The notes under the pieces are model-generated. The model was not told where the DNA came from and did not search any database. It worked only from the letters and a program-made list of their open reading frames with translations. Of a stretch of DNA of 64,000 nucleotides, positions 59,873 through 64,000 are shown piece after piece; the stretch's first letter is position 1; every line of letters begins with the position of its first letter. This DNA comes from the human T2T-CHM13v2.0 reference genome, Homo sapiens. The position numbers and the translations under genes were made by a program. The stretch is taken from the NCBI RefSeq assembly GCF_009914755.1, contig NC_060927.1; one strand, given 5' to 3'.

Positions 59873-61659
59873 GTAGGTAACCAGTAAGGCAACCTGTATG
59901 TTGAAAGTTATCCTGAAAAAGTGAACTATTAATAATTATAGAAGCATATAGAGGCATATGTCTAAAAAGAAATGTATGCAGTAATTATCAGTAGTTGATT
60001 ACACTATAGTACTTTGACATATCCTCCTCTTACTTGACTTAGAATAGCTAAATTATATTCAGCTAAGTAAAAAGAGCTAATAAGCTAATAAACACTCTGC
60101 TACTGCCTCTGGAGTGTCACCATTAGGAACAAGACAAAGGAGACACAAAAGACCCCTGTTTTCATTCAGAAATTAAGAGTTTAAAAGAAAGTTTCATAAT
60201 GGGAATTTTCTAATTCTAAAACTGTATAAATCCTCAAATATTGGAATCAGTTTTGCAGCAAAATTATGCAACCAGCTATCTTAGAGTTTTTACCAGTCTG
60301 TTGGTTTCTACCCAACTTTCCACAATATCAGTATTATCACCAAGTTTTCTGTCATGCTTCATCTTCTCCTAGTCATTGTTGCTTCTAAAATGTTCTTCCT
60401 TACCTGACTTGTCTTTTTGCAAATCCATAGTCATTCAGGCAAAGCCCACTCTGTCCAAAGTATTTTGGCCTATAAGTGGACATAGAGTCAAGTCTAGCTG
60501 TAACAACAGGGTACATTTAGTAGGAATTGCAGGTAACACCAGACAAGGGCTTATTTGTATGCCTCTTATAAATTTTAAGAGTAGCTAGTATACAAAAATG
60601 TGTCAGTGACAAATAGTTGTACCCTTTTATTGCAAAGAAGAAAGTGGACATTTCAGGTGACCTGCTAAGGCACAAAATTGTCATCAACTTCAAATTTGTA
60701 ACTCCTGATACGTAGCTTAACCCCTGCTGCTTTCCAAAAATGGTTAATGTTATATGAATCAAATTTCATTTTTTGGTATAATTTCCTGTGTCATGAGAGA
60801 TCCACATGCCACTACTACCATGTCCCCCAAAGGAATAGACTGTAAAAAAGATTATAGAGCTAAGAAAGAGTAAAGGAGATAACCGTGTAACGCTGGTTAA
60901 TTACATTGTTTAATTATAAAGTAATGACTTTGCAAAAAAGCATCTGAAGTTAAGATGATTAGAAATATTAATGGTTTTTTAGTCTTGTATTTTCTGAATA
61001 TTTTTTAACTTAAGTAAATATAAGTAAAAATTTTATTTCAAGTTTAACTTTAGATTAAAATTATTTAAGTAAAATCATAACAGCATTTTTATTTATACTT
61101 GGCAAAACTATAATTCAGAATCGGGTTTATTTTAACCCTGCTTCTTTTTTTTAATAACAAGACTTAGAAGACAATTAAATTCTGTAAACTGTGAGCATGT
61201 TCAACAGTGATAAAAACATAAAATAAGAAAGAATGAGCAGGAGTACAACCTTAAGATATTTCCCTATTTACGAGGGCAGGTAGAAGAAAAGGTTGTGTAA
61301 GAGAAGTCATCAAAGGAAGTTGGAGTACTAGAGGAAGTGATTGACAATTTGTAGGGCCAGGGCTTCAAGGGGGTTAAAAGAATAAGGCCTGTGAAAAAGC
61401 ACTTGGATTTAGTGACTCATCATTAGTTTTAAGAGTTTACTCACTAGAGTGGTAGGTGTAGAAGCTAGGCTACAAGGAATTAAGTAAGAAAATGAAAATA
61501 AGTATTGACCGTATTAGGAATTTAAGAAATAAAGGAAAGGTGGAAAATATGGAGAGTAGCTTACGAGAAGAACAGAGCAAGGAAAACCAAACTTTGGATA
61601 CTTACGTGTCAATCTGAATGTTAGGTGCTTTTTTTCATTGTCTCTTTAAATCCTCACAT

Positions 61660-62759
61660 CTGCACCCTTGACTAAGTGTCCTATTTAATTTTCTATGTGA
61701 ATAAATGAGAGGTACCCTAAAAAGCATTTGTGCCACATCCCAAGTATTATGGTTGTATCAAAGGGAAACATTTGTGGGATTATTTGAGTTGTGAGCTGAA
61801 CTAGCTGCTGTTTTTATGGAACACGATTTTTACTTAAATAACTAGTAGGCAAGCTATGGTTATTCAGACATGGATATTTGGCAGACATTTTCTTGAAAAT
61901 GAACAATATGTGCCTGTCTCTTTGAAGAAAACAACTGTGACAGTATTTGTTGCCAATGATAAAATTCAAACTTGCAACAAAAATTTCATTAGAAATTCAA
62001 AATTAGAATTTTGAAAATTCTAATTTTCATTATCTGCCGCTGAACCTAATAGAGTCCCTAAACTTAACATCTTTCTGATGAGATTCTTGGTAATATTAAC
62101 AATTGTGGTTTTTTAGTATGGTATAATGAAAAGTATCAACATTTGGAACATCTACAAATGACCATGCAGGATACTATAAAATCATGTATGGGTAAGAGAT
62201 CCATTAAAAGGCAAGAAAGACAAATTGATTTTAATGTAACTGAGTATGAAAAGTTTATTGATACAGTTTTAGATTACATTTTGCAACTTAAGAAACTTAT
62301 CTTGTCAGGTTTTAGAATAGTACCAAAGAAAAATATCACAATTATCTGAAAAGTCTATTATAATACTCCTTCTTTTTCTACCTACCTATCTTTGTGAGGC
62401 CAGATTTTCTTTTTATACTTTAATTAAAACATTGCATTAGATTGCATACAAAAGCATATATGAGAATCCAGCTGGGTACTATGAAGCCAGACATTTAAAA
62501 ATTTTTTTAAATGTGAAAGAATTTCACTCTTCTCACTAAATTTTTTAAATGCATTTTTTGTTTCATGAAATATGTTACTTATATTAACATGTCATAGTTT
62601 GTTGCTTTTAAATGAATTAGTAAATATTTAAAATTTTTATTTTCCCTATTTCAATTTCTAATATCATTAGATGTAATTCACATAACTAAAAGCTCTTTGG
62701 AGTCCTCAGTAATTTCTACAAGTGTAAAGGAGTCCTGAGACCAAAATTGAGAACTTCTG
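61660..62759 (+). mobile_element. Charlie1-family hAT transposon fragment
   Basis: Decayed transposase (ORF track ...DFNVTEYEKFID...) and terminal gagtcctgagaccaaaattgagaacttctg. Confidence 0.8.
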
Positions 62760-63088
62760 CCCTACAGTTTTATTTCGATGTCAATTAAACATCTTTAAAT
62801 TAACACATATTTTTAAAATCATAAATGTTTGTAAAATTTTAATTGCCACAATAATTTTCTTAATTCTTTTCTGATAAAAATACAGTGCTTTCTCAGTTGA
62901 AGGTTATAATAAATGATGACAGGTAATTTTGAGGATTATTCCAGGAGTATGTTTATCACACCATAAAAAAGAAAATTAAAATTGGGGAAAGGCAGTAAAG
63001 GTCATGCATGACAAATTTACTAATAAAATACTCATGTTTTAGCCTGTTAAAACATTTGCTATTTTAAAATTCCATCATTTAATTGTAA

Positions 63089-63280
<192 letters not shown>

Positions 63281-63736
63281 TGAGTTGTATTATTCTTTCT
63301 TCCTATGTTAATCTAAGTTTTTGTTAGATGAGTCTGTCGGTGTTTGTGTATTCCTCTGAGTTAGAACAGAGAAAACAATTGTACTTTCTATGGAAAAAAA
63401 TATGCTCAACCTTTGAAATATTTGATGTTAATGGATTTAAATGATTATAATTACTTTTAATTTGGTAAAATCTTAAACATTCATCTTATGTATTATCTAA
63501 AATGTATTGTTATTGCTTATTCTTTTTAAAACAAATGAATATTGCACATTCAAAATTTTATTTCTAATTCATTGTTAAAATGATTAGAAAAAAATAATTT
63601 TAATGACATGCTAAGTATTTTTTCACATGAAGAATTATGCTTTGGTCAGGGAACATCTGGAAATTTCCTTAGAAACCCATGAAAACTTCACAATCTCAAA
63701 ATCTTTGGACATAATTTCCTTATTCGTTGTCAGTGA

Positions 63737-63976
<240 letters not shown>

Positions 63977-64000
63977 TAAAATGTTTTGGTGTTCTTAATT

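Noticed and set aside
62143-62349. hAT transposase-like ORF
   Set aside because: Short decayed Charlie1 fragment

Overview
Human (primate) genomic DNA, AT-rich and repeat-dense, lying entirely inside the PIK3CA gene (PI3K class IA catalytic subunit p110-alpha; chr3q26.32 by established knowledge), transcribed on the + strand. Bases 1-32579 are the distal part of the long first intron; the promoter and non-coding exon 1 are upstream of the window. Eighteen GT-AG exons follow (exons 2-19 in standard numbering). Spliced, they give an uninterrupted 2784-nt ORF for residues 1-928: ABD, RBD, C2, helical domain and most of the kinase domain up to the DRH catalytic loop. The last two exons, including H1047, are beyond the window. 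Every cancer hotspot codon I checked is wild type. The introns hold about 25 Alus, L1/L2/MIR remnants, three LTRs and Tigger/Charlie/MER DNA transposons. I found no evidence of a new multi-gene biological system. The items most worth testing are: short dispersed duplications and perfect palindromes that look like template-switch repair scars; an in-frame start-stop element in the 5'UTR; two stop-free in-frame cryptic acceptors; a candidate intronic poly(A) site that would yield an ABD-only protein; a young AluYa5-like insertion; and inverted-Alu arrangements around exons 5-6. Repeat subfamily names come from recalled consensus sequences, not from a RepeatMasker run.
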